Shown: one piece after another, positions 63,824 through 64,000 of the stretch | Numbering within the stretch: position 1 is the first letter of the stretch | Layout of the letters: every line of letters starts with the position of its first letter | NCBI GenBank assembly: GCA_048500095.1 | Contig: JASNYQ010000003.1 | Coordinates: forward strand, 77,510 to 141,509 | Direction: 5' to 3' | Origin: Thermoanaerobaculia bacterium | GTDB taxonomy: Bacteria > Acidobacteriota > Thermoanaerobaculia > Multivoradales > JAGPDF01 | Length of the DNA stretch: 64,000 nt | Made by a program: the position numbers and the translations under genes | The notes under the pieces: model-generated | What the model saw: the letters and a program-made list of their open reading frames with translations, nothing else | What the model was told of the DNA's origin: nothing | The model's database searches: none

Positions 63824-64000
63824 GGCGCGGATGTTAGCAGGCGCTCCCCCAGTGGCGGTCCCCACGGCTCGGATAGGATCCCGCCGGGAGCTGTCCCTCC
63901 GCGGTAGACCCCGGCGTGAGCCGGCGCGGACGGCTCCCGAATGGCGAGTACCTTCTGCTTCACCACTCGGATCCCAGTACCGGGCAGCGCCCGGCAGATC

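Overview
A 64-kb stretch of a very GC-rich bacterial chromosome. A hand count of one core line, 12001-12060, gives 45/60 GC. The taxon cannot be determined from sequence alone. An IPTL-CTERM-like sorting tail, a PEGA-domain Ser/Thr kinase and a winged-helix+TPR regulator are compatible with an Acidobacteriota/Myxococcota/Gemmatimonadota-type organism. Most of the window is ordinary core content: OprP-type porin, lepA-hemW, a split MacAB-type ABC efflux operon, phosphomannomutase, hppA, an NSS transporter, argS, apgM, a TrmH-family methylase, an acyl-CoA ligase, an M16 peptidase pair, a Ser/Thr kinase operon, a beta-CASP hydrolase, tRNA-Ala(CGC) and a czcCBA heavy-metal efflux operon. The exception is a lower-GC accessory island at about 12.5-19.6 kb that reads like a decayed integron. 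It starts with the C-terminal remnant of an IntI-type tyrosine recombinase in which the catalytic Tyr is replaced by His. This is followed by same-strand cassettes separated by attC-like imperfect palindromes ending in GTTAGGC. Cassette 1 is a two-gene type I CBASS module: a CD-NTase plus a 2TM beta-rich Cap15-like effector, with an ATGA start/stop overlap. Cassette 2 is an orphan 361-aa protein with a HEPN-like Rx4H motif and an SH3-like tail. Its attC is disrupted by a frameshifted IS110-family transposase remnant. Next come small membrane, DUF4328 and DUF3788 genes, a PIN-domain fragment and a nucleotidyltransferase-fold gene. Other items worth a second look are an ABC-ATPase-TOBE-2xUSP fusion coupled to the porin, a DUF3482 GTPase/DUF2868 pair, a 1669-aa ExeM/NucH-type nuclease, an unannotated 44-codon ORF after the NSS transporter, REP-like palindromes, an AT-rich 27-bp inverted repeat, and a tRNA 3'-end duplication. 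The many very long ORFs antisense to or out of frame with these genes (R/A/G/P-rich translations) are treated as GC-driven shadow ORFs.
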